Of a stretch of 61,126 bases of DNA, positions 45,280 to 54,650 are shown in pieces. Both the position numbers and the translations under genes were made by a program. The stretch is from a virus. Lineage: Duplodnaviria; Caudoviricetes. The notes beneath the pieces were generated by a model. It saw only the letters and a program-made list of their open reading frames with translations, made no database searches and had not been told where the DNA came from. Positions within the stretch are counted from its first letter, which is position 1. Each line of letters begins with the position of its first letter. The stretch is from the IMG/VR virus record IMGVR_UViG_3300025305_000017, positions 1-61,126 of that record, one strand, 5' to 3'.

Positions 45280-45876
45280 TCACGCTGCTCTGCTTCCTAT
45301 TTCAATCCAGTCTGGTGTCTGACTGGGCACAATCGGCTCCCAAATCACCGGGTAATTAAGAGTGTGGGTTGCCTCGACCCCCGTCACGCTGAAGATAAAT
45401 CCGGGGGCGGTAACCGTTCCTATAGCACCCGCAGCCTCCACACCCGTAGGCTGTACAACCACACCGCCGCCTTCAACCACCGTCTCACTGCCCGTCGCCC
45501 CCGCAGCCGACACCCCGGTAACCGCAATGTCGGTTCCCCCAGCCACGGTAGAGCTACCAATAGCGGCAGAGATCTCTTCACCAGTAGCCGTAACAAGAAC
45601 ATCCCCACTAACGCTTTCAGTGCCGGTAGCGAACGCTCCTTCGACGCCGCTCTCGACAATGGTAACGCCGGTTCCTTCACCTACCGTATAGGTGCCAAAC
45701 GAATACTGAGCCTGAACACCTGTCGCAGTAACCGTAACCCCCGCACCCTCGACAACGGTCGTCGTGCCGATACCCGAAGCAAAGGTAAGAGTAGCCAGAC
45801 CGCCTGTGTTCCACGCCCCCTCGTTCCAGCCGGATCTTCCCCAGCCGGTTCCAAAGATAATGGTGACGGCAGCCAT
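45280..45876 (-). CDS. Virion structural protein
   Basis: GWGR..W..GAW start; repeated V.VTGV.A..G.G units. Confidence 0.65.
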   Translation of the reverse strand: MAAVTIIFGTGWGRSGWNEGAWNTGGLATLTFASGIGTTTVVEGAGVTVTATGVQAQYSFGTYTVGEGTGVTIVESGVEGAFATGTESVSGDVLVTATGEEISAAIGSSTVAGGTDIAVTGVSAAGATGSETVVEGGGVVVQPTGVEAAGAIGTVTAPGFIFSVTGVEATHTLNYPVIWEPIVPSQTPDWIEIGSRAA

Positions 45877-45880
45877 GACT

Positions 45881-46390
45881 TTACGCTAGACGAATGATGG
45901 CGTTGTTCGCGTCGTTGGCGGGATACTGGATGGTGAAGTCACCCGCTGAAGACGACTTGTCTCCGCCAAAGTCGAGCACAGCTACCGATGGATCGGCGTC
46001 ATGGGTGACATCTCCGCCAGTCCCAGCGGTGCTGAGAGTGGAGTTGTAGATCACGGCACATCGGGCATTTGAGATAGTGGACGAAGCCCACGTCGTATCA
46101 GCGAAGTCGAGAAACGCCGTGGGTACGGAACTGCTGTTGTCAGACAGCCCAAGAGTAACGCTTCCAAGCGCCTCCCCGCCAGCCGAATAGGCTGTTCCTG
46201 TAACCTCGTTGGTCGCCGTATACCCGGTCAGGTCTTCATTCGCATCGGTCTTGCTCGACGTGAACATTGCGATCTTGAAAGTGTCAGCCGCAATCACACT
46301 GGCCCCGGTGCGGGAATGGGACATCCAAAAGTGGATGCCAGCCGTTATCTGTTCCTTATAGGAACCACACATCGCTTGGTTAATTGCCAT
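45881..46390 (-). CDS. Virion structural protein
   Basis: FKIA...Y...NEV.G..Y.AGG, AVLDFGGDK.S.AGDFTI. Confidence 0.7.
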   Translation of the reverse strand: MAINQAMCGSYKEQITAGIHFWMSHSRTGASVIAADTFKIAMFTSSKTDANEDLTGYTATNEVTGTAYSAGGEALGSVTLGLSDNSSSVPTAFLDFADTTWASSTISNARCAVIYNSTLSTAGTGGDVTHDADPSVAVLDFGGDKSSSAGDFTIQYPANDANNAIIRLA

Positions 46391-46681
46391 CTAAAGTCTC
46401 CTTATGATCTCTGCTTCCTCGTGGAACCCTTCCTTCTTCAGAACATTCCACAGCGTGGTACGGTCACTAGCGATAGCTCTCTTCATGTACTCCGTAATGA
46501 CCGCCTTGACCTTCTCACGGAAGGCGAGAGCCTGCTCACGCACATGAGGCGGTGCATCCTGCGAAATAAAACAAATCTTATTGACAGCCATCTCGGCTAT
46601 CTCTTCGGGGGAGTGTCCTCGATCAGTCGTCGTGAACACTTTAACCGCACCGATCTCCCCGGTGCCTACCGATCCTTCCAT
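46391..46681 (-). CDS. Conserved hypothetical phage protein
   Basis: TT..RGHSPEEIAE motif; operonic. Confidence 0.65.
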   Translation of the reverse strand: MEGSVGTGEIGAVKVFTTTDRGHSPEEIAEMAVNKICFISQDAPPHVREQALAFREKVKAVITEYMKRAIASDRTTLWNVLKKEGFHEEAEIIRRL

Positions 46682-47322
46682 CAGGTCACCGCAATGCGAA
46701 GCTGACCTGACCGGAAGACATCCTTGCGATCCCTTCCCTCACCGAGGTTCTTAACCCTCGGCAAGGTCTCTTGATAGCGCGTCTGATAATAGGTCAACAA
46801 CTCTGCATCGCCCTTCATAAAGATATAGGCTTCGATCAACGAAGCGTAGAGCAATGCGTCGTAAGCATTGGTGCCGAGCCACGTTGTAGTGTTGCTCGAA
46901 GAAAGTCCATCTGGCTTATAAACATAATGGAACTCCATCGTGTAATCGGCATCCGGTACAGGAGCAACCAAGAGATTGGTATCGTCAAAGATGGAATAAT
47001 AAAGAGGCCGTCCCGTCTCTGTGGTGTCGGGGTAGGACTCCTGAAGAAAGTTCACGTCCTTGTTGAGGAGGAAGTAGTAGGTATTGGACGACACCACCGA
47101 CAGCGAGAAGGGTGCCAGAAAATCGTTAGGCAGCGCCAGATACTTGTTCGCAGAGGTCAGCGTTCCCTGCGTGTTTTTCCTGAACACGGGCAACTGAACC
47201 TCGAACAGGATCCTCTGTTCGGCATTAGAAATGAACTGGTCTATCTGCGATACGAAGACCGTTTCGGTATTGTCCGTGTAATCTTTGATCGCCTGCACCA
47301 GTGTCGAGTAAGTAAGCGCCAT
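46681..47322 (-). CDS. Tail adaptor / tubular protein A-like
   Basis: FI..AE.RI, LP.DFL, G.P.YY, P.PD..Y, LLYASL.EA..FMK. Confidence 0.75.
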   Translation of the reverse strand: MALTYSTLVQAIKDYTDNTETVFVSQIDQFISNAEQRILFEVQLPVFRKNTQGTLTSANKYLALPNDFLAPFSLSVVSSNTYYFLLNKDVNFLQESYPDTTETGRPLYYSIFDDTNLLVAPVPDADYTMEFHYVYKPDGLSSSNTTTWLGTNAYDALLYASLIEAYIFMKGDAELLTYYQTRYQETLPRVKNLGEGRDRKDVFRSGQLRIAVT

Positions 47323-47326
47323 CTCA

Positions 47327-47680
47327 TCAACTCGTTGTAATCGTTACAGTGCCAATAGCGGAATTGATCTGCATCGTCTCCAGTCCCTGAGTCCCCAAGA
47401 CCTCGGCACTGTTGCCATCCCCCACGGGATCCCACGCAAACAGCCCACGACCAGCAGTCCCTCCATTGGGACGGGGATCGAACAAAGCCTGAGGATCGAC
47501 AATGGGAATAGCACCCACCCAGTTCTGTGGTTGATCGGGATCGAACACATCCTGACCCACCCTCAGCCCTGTACGCATTCCCCTCTGAACTTCATAAACC
47601 AGTTGGCTCAAGGGATAACGGAAGCCCGTCTTGTCACAATACCCATAAGCATACTTGCCGCGCGCATAGGGATAGCTCAT
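47327..47680 (-). CDS. Conserved hypothetical virion protein
   Basis: YA.GK.A...CD..GFRY, DP..L..PRP motif. Confidence 0.65.
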   Translation of the reverse strand: MSYPYARGKYAYGYCDKTGFRYPLSQLVYEVQRGMRTGLRVGQDVFDPDQPQNWVGAIPIVDPQALFDPRPNGGTAGRGLFAWDPVGDGNSAEVLGTQGLETMQINSAIGTVTITTS

Positions 47681-48378
47681 GCCGAATAGTACTCAGCAAG
47701 TGGGATCAACCTAAAGGGAGCCTTGACCCTGTTCTCTTCGGCAGCCAATCTGAACTGTTCCTCGTATTCCTGCTTCAACATAGGCACCCGTGGTGCCGCT
47801 TCTGGCTTCTTGATGGCGATGTAATAAGCAAGACCTGCCACCATCGCAGGAAGGAAAAGAGCAGGGATGTCGTAATTATTTGAACCCTTGGTTCCCGTAT
47901 CCGTCATTCGCCTGACGCGCCAGTAGACAAACTGGGCAGTGGTGAAGGTTGAACTGGCGGTGGGGTATATATAAATGGTGGGGGCTGTGCGCTGACGGTC
48001 AACCCAGTACTGGTTGGGACGCCCCTTCTCCAACTTGTCAGGGATAGTTGCGTAGGTAACGGGTGATACGCGCGAGATGGACGAGTCAATTTGAAGGGTG
48101 GCATTGGATGGGTCTGTCCTCACCACGGCCTCTATGATGTCAACGGTATCATCCGGCAGGCTATAGGACGCGGTTCCCTCCGTGAAAGCAAAGTAGCCCT
48201 CTTCGATACACCACAGATTAAGCCCACGGTTCTGCCACTCAAGGCCCATCAGGTTGAGGCTGCGGCGAGCCGTCTTTAGATCGTAACCGCTGCGCATCTC
48301 AAGCCCTGCGCGCTCGAACGCTTCCTCGGCTATCTCGTTTATATCGAGGTTGAATGTGGCAGTCGTCTCTACAGCCAT
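47677..48378 (-). CDS. Head-tail adaptor protein
   Basis: EEAFERAG...GYDLKTARRSLN...EW.NRGLNLW; GLAYY. Confidence 0.75.
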   Translation of the reverse strand: MAVETTATFNLDINEIAEEAFERAGLEMRSGYDLKTARRSLNLMGLEWQNRGLNLWCIEEGYFAFTEGTASYSLPDDTVDIIEAVVRTDPSNATLQIDSSISRVSPVTYATIPDKLEKGRPNQYWVDRQRTAPTIYIYPTASSTFTTAQFVYWRVRRMTDTGTKGSNNYDIPALFLPAMVAGLAYYIAIKKPEAAPRVPMLKQEYEEQFRLAAEENRVKAPFRLIPLAEYYSA

Positions 48379-48384
48379 GAAAGC

Positions 48385-48576
48385 CTACGCCTTTTTCTTA
48401 CGAAGCTTGCCAAGAGTCACAGCGAGGCGCGCCCTCTGTCCTTCCTTGCCGCCCTTCTTAGCGGCTGCCCGAAGTTTCTTCTTGGGGATAGGCTTGCCCT
48501 TCTTAGCTCCCAGTTCCTTGCGCAGCGCGCCCTTGTTCTTGGTCGCGTCCTTTATCCAGTTCTTTTTCGTAGCCAT
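48385..48576 (-). CDS. Small highly basic protein
   Basis: MATKKNWIKDA.K.KGALR..LG...G..IP..KL...RARLA.TL; GAGG RBS. Confidence 0.7.
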   Translation of the reverse strand: MATKKNWIKDATKNKGALRKELGAKKGKPIPKKKLRAAAKKGGKEGQRARLAVTLGKLRKKKA

Positions 48577-48583
48577 AACGCCC

Positions 48584-48871
48584 TCACCTGTTCTGGTTGT
48601 TATAGCGCCGATTGTATGAACTGGCCGCACCGCCTCCTTCAAAACCACTCCGACGCCCAAGACGCTTGTCACGCTCGAACATGGTCTCGCCTGCCTCACG
48701 CACGGGAAGGGCACCACGACGGCCCAACTCACCCGCCATCGTCCCACGCCCCGTCTCCGTGAGACCACCGAGGTAACCGCCAGCCTGCATAAGGACAGCA
48801 CTATCGTCCTCACGCGGAAGCCGGGTGAGTCCGCCTATCGCGTAACCGTCACGAGAATCTCTCTTCGCCAT
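48584..48871 (-). CDS. Small Arg/Gly-rich protein
   Basis: GGAG RBS; repeated xxxGG motifs. Confidence 0.55.
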   Translation of the reverse strand: MAKRDSRDGYAIGGLTRLPREDDSAVLMQAGGYLGGLTETGRGTMAGELGRRGALPVREAGETMFERDKRLGRRSGFEGGGAASSYNRRYNNQNR

Positions 48872-48880
48872 AATCGACTC

Positions 48881-49087
48881 CTAAGCCATCGGCCCGTAGG
48901 TGAAAAGACCCTTAGTCTGCCTGATCACCTTACCGCCCTTGTTGTTGCCATAAGCCGCGACACGCCTCTTCTTGGCTTCTCCTACGTCGCCGCCTGTTCC
49001 ATCGACCTCAACAGGCATACTGCCATACGCTTCGTCGGTCTTGACCTTGTTGAGAGCCGCCGTTTTTGGGTTCAATGTCGGCATCAT
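48881..49087 (-). CDS. Small hypothetical protein
   Basis: Overlaps the upstream stop; ends in GPMA. Confidence 0.55.
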   Translation of the reverse strand: MMPTLNPKTAALNKVKTDEAYGSMPVEVDGTGGDVGEAKKRRVAAYGNNKGGKVIRQTKGLFTYGPMA

Positions 49088-49446
49088 GCTTTCCTTTTCT
49101 TGGCTTTCTTTTTCTTGCCCTTGTCCATCGTCTTGACAGCAGCATAGGCCCTTCGCCCAAGCGCCTTCTCCTCGCCCTTGCTTTCCTTTGCGCGTGCGGC
49201 CAGATTGCCCTTGGTGCCGCGATGGCGCTCCCCCAAGGACATTTTAAGGCGGGAGCCGAACTTTCCCTTACCCTTCGTAGGTTTCTTGGTCGTCTTTCCT
49301 TTCTTACGCATAACCCTGTTCCCTTCACTGTTGGCAATCGCCAATGCCTGTTTGCGATTGGTAACCTTCTTGCCGGAACTACTCTTGAGAGTCCCGCGTT
49401 TGAACTCGCCCATGACGATGGCGATCTTGTCGTCCCTCGTCGTCAC
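49084..49446 (-). CDS. DUF6496-like basic protein
   Basis: KI..VM.EFK.G.L.SSSG.KVT.RKQA.AIA.SE; GTG start at 49446. Confidence 0.7.
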   Translation of the reverse strand: MTTRDDKIAIVMGEFKRGTLKSSSGKKVTNRKQALAIANSEGNRVMRKKGKTTKKPTKGKGKFGSRLKMSLGERHRGTKGNLAARAKESKGEEKALGRRAYAAVKTMDKGKKKKAKKRKA

Positions 49447-49619
49447 TGGATTCCCCGCACGACAATGGATATCAAAGCCGACACGATAGCCACGTTTGAT
49501 ACCCAAATCACCCGCTCTAAACGAACCAGCCTACGTTCAACCGACTCCCAGCGCACAGCACACTCGCGCTCGTGCGCCATCAGTTCAGCGGCAACGTCCC
49601 GCTCCGCCACCGATGCCAT
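49443..49619 (-). CDS. Small membrane protein (58 aa, not in the ORF track)
   Basis: MASVAERDVAAELMAHERECAVRW...RLERVIW plus C-terminal TM; fills the gap between its neighbours. Confidence 0.65.
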   Translation of the reverse strand: MASVAERDVAAELMAHERECAVRWESVERRLVRLERVIWVSNVAIVSALISIVVRGIQ

Positions 49620-49623
49620 GACA

Positions 49624-50601
49624 CTACCCGTCGAACATGAAGGTGACGGAGGACAGAAGGTCTGTATCCACAGGCATATCCATACTCATAGCGGTGGCAA
49701 AACGAATACCCGTACCACCGATGTTGGGATAATTGACGCTACCGTCTGTCTCGCCGGGATTGAAAGTGAGGCGAGCCGTACCCGAAGCGGAAGACGTAGC
49801 GCCGTCTTCAATGTCGATTGTCTCGCCAGCAGCATTAGCCCCCTCAACCAGATACCAGTTCTTCAGACGGGTATCCTGATTATTGATCATAATTCGGATA
49901 CCAGCCACCACCCCCGCACTCACACTGTTACTGTCGGAGCCGCTGGCCTTAATGGAAGAAATGAAACGGAAGTAGCTTGAGCCTGTTGCCGTCCCAGAAC
50001 TTGGTCCGGTAATGCTCTCAGTCTGAACATTGCCGTAAACATCCAAGCCCACCACGCTGTAGGTGATGGCGGTAGAGTTACCATCCGAGGTGATGTTGAC
50101 GGTACGACATAGTTCTCCCAAGTTCACATAACCGGCATTATCGCCCACCGTCAACGAGGTCGTCGCCGAATCGCTATAGATGAGATCGATAACCGAGTAG
50201 AGATTAGATGAGTAAACGCTTGCCGCGTTAGGCCCAGTCACCTCTTCCGTTACCGGAATGCCGCTCCCGTCCTTTCCTTTGACAGTCAACGTCACCGAAG
50301 AATTGTCACTCGCAGAAGCGAATGACACACGGCGCGGCGCGGCCCTTCCATAGTTGACCCTACGGATACCGTTCTTCTCTTCTGAATCGGCTCCATCAAT
50401 CGCCAACTGACCATTGACGCTCTGGGACGTACAAACACCATCACCATCCCCAGCAGTCGCCATGCCGCCGTCGAGGAGCATGTAGTACTCGTCATCGGTT
50501 AAAGCAGCAGCATCCCCGCAGGCGTCAACGTCCGCCGCAGGGTTGCTCGTGCTTTCAGCGGTACCAGAATAGGTGTAGGTAAAAGACCTTAGATCGGTCA
50601 T
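49624..50601 (-). CDS. Virion structural protein with internal duplication
   Basis: GGAGG RBS; two similar units (V.G.D..G....E..TGP). Confidence 0.65.
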   Translation of the reverse strand: MTDLRSFTYTYSGTAESTSNPAADVDACGDAAALTDDEYYMLLDGGMATAGDGDGVCTSQSVNGQLAIDGADSEEKNGIRRVNYGRAAPRRVSFASASDNSSVTLTVKGKDGSGIPVTEEVTGPNAASVYSSNLYSVIDLIYSDSATTSLTVGDNAGYVNLGELCRTVNITSDGNSTAITYSVVGLDVYGNVQTESITGPSSGTATGSSYFRFISSIKASGSDSNSVSAGVVAGIRIMINNQDTRLKNWYLVEGANAAGETIDIEDGATSSASGTARLTFNPGETDGSVNYPNIGGTGIRFATAMSMDMPVDTDLLSSVTFMFDG

Positions 50602-50610
50602 GGTACCCTC

Positions 50611-51066
50611 CTATGTCAGGTTGATGTTCTGGATATACCAGACAGTCAAAACACCAACGCCGCTTCCGGTTGCCACAGAGTCGACTGAAATCCTTACATC
50701 GGTCGTCCCGACATCGCGCCAGTTGGCTCCTGTGCCGGTGGTCGCCGCCGTCATGTTCACCAGACCAGCCGCCGACGTTACCATGCCGTTGACATACAGG
50801 TCGGTAGTGGTGCCGTCTCCGACATCGAGGGTGTTAGTGCCGCCGTCCCACACCGTTGTGACAAGACATTTGATGTCTATGATCTGACTGTTGGCGGGAA
50901 TGATCATGTCGGTGCTGGCTGAAGTGGCAGCTTCGGTAATGGCCTCAGACTGCGCCATTACAACAAAACCAATATTCTTCATGTCAGTGCCTACCGTAGT
51001 GCCGGTAGTGTTGTTGATCGTGCCAGCCTTGACTGGCCCAGAAAAAGTTGTCGTACCCATAACCAA
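50611..51066 (-). CDS. Putative capsid decoration protein
   Basis: TTFSGPVKAG start; IPANSQI..I; located just after the major capsid gene. Confidence 0.65.
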   Translation of the reverse strand: MVMGTTTFSGPVKAGTINNTTGTTVGTDMKNIGFVVMAQSEAITEAATSASTDMIIPANSQIIDIKCLVTTVWDGGTNTLDVGDGTTTDLYVNGMVTSAAGLVNMTAATTGTGANWRDVGTTDVRISVDSVATGSGVGVLTVWYIQNINLT

Positions 51067-51069
51067 GTT

Positions 51070-51140
51070 CTCCTATGAGAGAAAGGCCCCAGTGTCTTCA
51101 TAGCGTCTGCTGGGTCAGTCCCAAGGGCCATTGATCCCAG
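51070..51140 (-). ncRNA. Structured RNA downstream of the capsid gene (possibly Mu-gpT-DE motif)
   Basis: CUGGG/CCCAG, GGCCC/GGGCC and UAUGA/UCAUA pairings next to the RBS; position 3' of a gpT-like capsid gene. Confidence 0.5.
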
Positions 51141-51254
51141 AAAAGGTGGGGGCCTGCGATCCCCCTTACTATAACAGCGCGCCCGTAAGCTCCACTCTAT
51201 AGCTTGCTTATACTAGCGCTGGGTCGCTATCCCAACATAACCACCATACAAGCC

Positions 51255-51286
51255 AAAAAAGAAAGCGGGGGCACGAAGCCCCCGCT
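51255..51286 (-). terminator. Rho-independent terminator after the major capsid gene
   Basis: AGCGGGGGC-TTCGT-GCCCCCGCT followed by TTCTTTTTT. Confidence 0.85.
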
Positions 51287-51291
51287 CGCCT

Positions 51292-52209
51292 TTAGGATGC
51301 TCCCTCGCAACCGAACATTCCGAGGGGATCTGAGACACCGAACACATAGCGTTCGCGTGCCTTGTAACGCACGTTACCCGTATCGAAGTCGCCGTCCATC
51401 GATGTCTGGAGCGGAACACGAGTAAAGTGTTTCATGCCATTGGGCACATCGGTGACGATGTACCACGAGTCGGTATCCGTGAGATAGTGGTTCACAGCAT
51501 ACCCCTCGGGGATCGTACCGTTGTGGTTGATGGCGTTGATGTCATTGTCCGCCGTTCCCGTGCGGCCTTCCGAATCGAGGATCCGGGTAGCCACGAACAT
51601 GTTGTTTGGCGGAACAATAAGCTTCCGAGGTTTGGCAGCAATCAACAAACCCTTCTCATCCACGAACGCGGCGATAGAAATAACAGCCGCTTCAAGACTG
51701 GTCTCATTGAGATCGGTCTGGGTGGTGGGAGTGTTGGCATTGGTGCCACCGGCAACGGTTGGGTGAGCCGTATTAAACAGCGAAACGCCGTCACCCGAAT
51801 CGAAGTTGTCGGTAGTCGGAAGACCTTGGTTGAGCGGAACAGCGGCCTTCACCTGCTTGGTGTAAGCCATCGCTCTCGCAAGTGCTTTTGTATAACGCGC
51901 AGACAGCGAGTCATACAGGTTGTCTTCCATCGCTTCCTCGGTAATCGCAAAGCCCATTGCGATGGTCTCGTTGTTATAGCGAACAGAGAAGCTCTCACTT
52001 GCCGTGTCGTAATTGATCGCTTCACCTTCCGCTTTAACAGGAGCCTGTCCGAAGCCCGTCAGCTTAACCTCCTCTTCAAACGAACGGTCAGAAGTCTCTG
52101 TCTCGTAAATCTGCTCGCTCTCGTTCTCGTAGGTTTCGTAAGTCAAGCCGAACAAAGCATTGAGACCGGGCAGTAGCTCCTTCAGCATTTGTGCTCTTGA
52201 AATAGCCAT
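51292..52209 (-). CDS. Major capsid protein (Mu gpT-like family)
   Basis: MAISRAQ.LKEL.PGLNALFG, DGVSLF...HP, DFDTGN.RYKARERY.FG.SDP.G. Confidence 0.9.
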   Translation of the reverse strand: MAISRAQMLKELLPGLNALFGLTYETYENESEQIYETETSDRSFEEEVKLTGFGQAPVKAEGEAINYDTASESFSVRYNNETIAMGFAITEEAMEDNLYDSLSARYTKALARAMAYTKQVKAAVPLNQGLPTTDNFDSGDGVSLFNTAHPTVAGGTNANTPTTQTDLNETSLEAAVISIAAFVDEKGLLIAAKPRKLIVPPNNMFVATRILDSEGRTGTADNDINAINHNGTIPEGYAVNHYLTDTDSWYIVTDVPNGMKHFTRVPLQTSMDGDFDTGNVRYKARERYVFGVSDPLGMFGCEGAS

Positions 52210-52218
52210 GCCAGCCTC

Positions 52219-52833
52219 CTATGCCAAGGTGCTCGTCTGGTACTGATGCACACCGAAGTTCCATGTAACGAGAACGTCTGGATATGTATCAGTCCAGTTG
52301 TTATTGGGAGCTTCAAACAGCCCAACAACACGAACAGCTAGAGTTGCGGTCGTTGCAGCATCCGCATCAACGGTAAGTTTGCTCTGCTTACTGAGGTCAA
52401 GCGTATTAACATCAGTAACATTCGTAAGAGCAGAGTTCTTCCCTTGATCCGTGGCGACCATAGCGCCATCTGCTTGGACCTTAAAAACCGCCCTCGGGTT
52501 ATCCCACACATACACCTGTACGGCAGAATGACCTGAAGAGGTCATCGAACTCGCAACAAGATTGTTGGAGAACGTCAATTGCCCCGTGCTTCCGTCGATA
52601 TAACGGAAGCCAGAAGCGACGCCTATGGGAGTGGTCGTAGCGCCATAGGTGGTAGTCGGGGTGGCCGTGATCGGAACGGTAACACCATCCGAGAAACATA
52701 CGGGTTGCCCCGCAAAAATCGCGTTGGTGTTATTCGATCCGAGCGGATATTGAGTGGCACCACCCGTATTGTAACTATCACCAAGAACGCCAACTTGGAT
52801 CATCCCATAAGGAGCTTGTACTGAACCAGCCAT
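52219..52833 (-). CDS. Capsid-associated protein
   Basis: Located between scaffold and major capsid genes; PYG, IF.G..V, V.D.P...F.VQAD. Confidence 0.65.
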   Translation of the reverse strand: MAGSVQAPYGMIQVGVLGDSYNTGGATQYPLGSNNTNAIFAGQPVCFSDGVTVPITATPTTTYGATTTPIGVASGFRYIDGSTGQLTFSNNLVASSMTSSGHSAVQVYVWDNPRAVFKVQADGAMVATDQGKNSALTNVTDVNTLDLSKQSKLTVDADAATTATLAVRVVGLFEAPNNNWTDTYPDVLVTWNFGVHQYQTSTLA

Positions 52834-52863
52834 GATTCAATGTCCTCATGTTATGGAGGGCAA

Positions 52864-53328
52864 CTACCCTCCTTTGCCAAAGTCTACCCGCGTCTTCCGC
52901 TCTGATTTAAGAAGCGGCATACGAGGATCGTTCGCCCGCATGTAATTCGACTCGACGGCATCCATCTGTTGTTCCGCCTTGTCCCGATAATGTTCAGCCC
53001 TTTTCTGGTGCTTCTCGTGCGGCATCTTGCACAAAAGAAGACCGCCAACCTCGATGTTTCCATCGGATCCAAAACGCGAACCTACATCAGACTGGATGCA
53101 AAGTTCAGGATGGTCTTCTGCCCGGCAGGGCACCCAACCGCCTCTGAACATCTTGGACACATTGGTGTTGTCAGCGTGGCCCATTATCGAAGTGCGCACC
53201 CACCTGAAAACCCATCCCTCCTGCGGGTCGGGGTCGGGTAGTAGTGATGGGGGTACCCACTGTGTCTCGGTGCGTGATTCCTTTTCACGGGTTTCGTGGT
53301 GTCTCGGTGTACGAGCGTCATCTTCCAT
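52864..53328 (-). CDS. Conserved head-module protein
   Basis: W.PPS.LP.P...G..FRWVR, GGLLLCKMP; GGAG RBS before ATG 53328. Confidence 0.7.
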   Translation of the reverse strand: MEDDARTPRHHETREKESRTETQWVPPSLLPDPDPQEGWVFRWVRTSIMGHADNTNVSKMFRGGWVPCRAEDHPELCIQSDVGSRFGSDGNIEVGGLLLCKMPHEKHQKRAEHYRDKAEQQMDAVESNYMRANDPRMPLLKSERKTRVDFGKGG

Positions 53329-54235
53329 GCGCCATCTCCTTCGCGACTTGCTTCGCATATTGTTCGGGCGTAATCCCCAGTTTCTTGGCGAGATCAATCT
53401 GGGTGCCGGTGAGTGTTACTTTGCGTGGCGGCTTGCTTCCTCTTGTCGCAGGAGCAACCACGGATTTGCGAGGAGTCCCCTCACGCGCAGGCTCTTCCTC
53501 GAAGCGTTCAGGAAAGACCTCCCTTACGCGCTTGTCGACCCTGAGGTAGTAATCTTCTGAACGGGGATCAATCCGCTCGTCAACCACCAGCTTGTCGTGC
53601 AGGCCGTAGGCGAAAGAAGTCATTTCCTTGTCTTGCCCGAACCAAGGGTTGTCGCGTAACCATTGGATGGCACGGGGGTCAGGAGGCGCTACATAGTCTT
53701 GTTGCGGAGCGGGGCTGTCTTGCCCGTTACCGGGTGGCGCTTCCTGTGCAGGCGGACGCATGTCTTCGACGCTCCGCTTGGTGTAATAGGCTTCATTAAC
53801 CATCTTCTGAGCCTCGACGATGCGGTCACTATCACCGGCGTCGTAGGCTTCACGAAATTCCTTCTCGGCAACCGATAGCTCTGTATCAGTCTTGGCCTCG
53901 GTGGCCTTGTAGAGAGCCTCGTTGCCTCGCTTCAAAAGGTTCTTGAGATCATTGTTCTCTGACACCATGCGTTGAGCGTGAGCGAGAGCCTCTGTATTCT
54001 GGCGCTCTGCCGTCTCCTTTGCACGGCGCTGCTCGTGGAACTCATACTTCAAACGCTTGATGCGCTTCTGAACGCGATCAGAATATTGCCCTATCTCGTC
54101 TTCAGAGATATCGAAGTCGGCTGCCGCTTCCCTGTCGCGCGCAGACACCCTGTCGTCGGCAGGGGTGTCGTCCACGACCTCAACCTCAATGCCGTCTTCT
54201 TCCTCAAATTCAACTTCCTGTTGTTCAGCCATCAT
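53318..54235 (-). CDS. Scaffolding protein
   Basis: Acidic coiled coil, W...NPWFG, C-terminal AKKLGI..EQYAK. Confidence 0.75.
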   Translation of the reverse strand: MMAEQQEVEFEEEDGIEVEVVDDTPADDRVSARDREAAADFDISEDEIGQYSDRVQKRIKRLKYEFHEQRRAKETAERQNTEALAHAQRMVSENNDLKNLLKRGNEALYKATEAKTDTELSVAEKEFREAYDAGDSDRIVEAQKMVNEAYYTKRSVEDMRPPAQEAPPGNGQDSPAPQQDYVAPPDPRAIQWLRDNPWFGQDKEMTSFAYGLHDKLVVDERIDPRSEDYYLRVDKRVREVFPERFEEEPAREGTPRKSVVAPATRGSKPPRKVTLTGTQIDLAKKLGITPEQYAKQVAKEMAHGR

Positions 54236-54603
54236 GCCCTCGCATATCCTCTGGGATCATCAACCACACCCTCGACACTGTCGTCGTTTATAAAACGAAA
54301 CTCCTTGCCGTGGATCTTGAGACGGGTACCTTGGAAAGCCCTGAAGAGAACAAAGTCCCCTTCCTTGCACCACGGTCCCGATGGGAACCTCTTGGTGTCA
54401 CTGTAAGCATCAGGCCCCATTTTTAGAACGAAACCCACAACACTCGACACCGCTTCCGTTTCCATCGCATTGTCCGTCTTGAAGATACCTCCCTCAGTCT
54501 TCTCGTCGACCTCTGGAAGGGCGATCAGCAATCTGTAACCAGAAGGCTGCGGCAATTGCTTGGCCGCTTTTTCCTCTTGGAAATCAACCACTTTTGCCAT
54601 CAC
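54232..54603 (-). CDS. groES: GroES-like co-chaperonin
   Basis: P.GYRLLI, KTEGGI, V.KMGPDAY, WCKEGD.V, FINDD.V.GV. Confidence 0.8.
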   Translation of the reverse strand: MMAKVVDFQEEKAAKQLPQPSGYRLLIALPEVDEKTEGGIFKTDNAMETEAVSSVVGFVLKMGPDAYSDTKRFPSGPWCKEGDFVLFRAFQGTRLKIHGKEFRFINDDSVEGVVDDPRGYARA

Positions 54604-54650
54604 TTACCTCATCATGCGTTGCTTCATAAAGGGGCAACGGTTCCCTTGCG

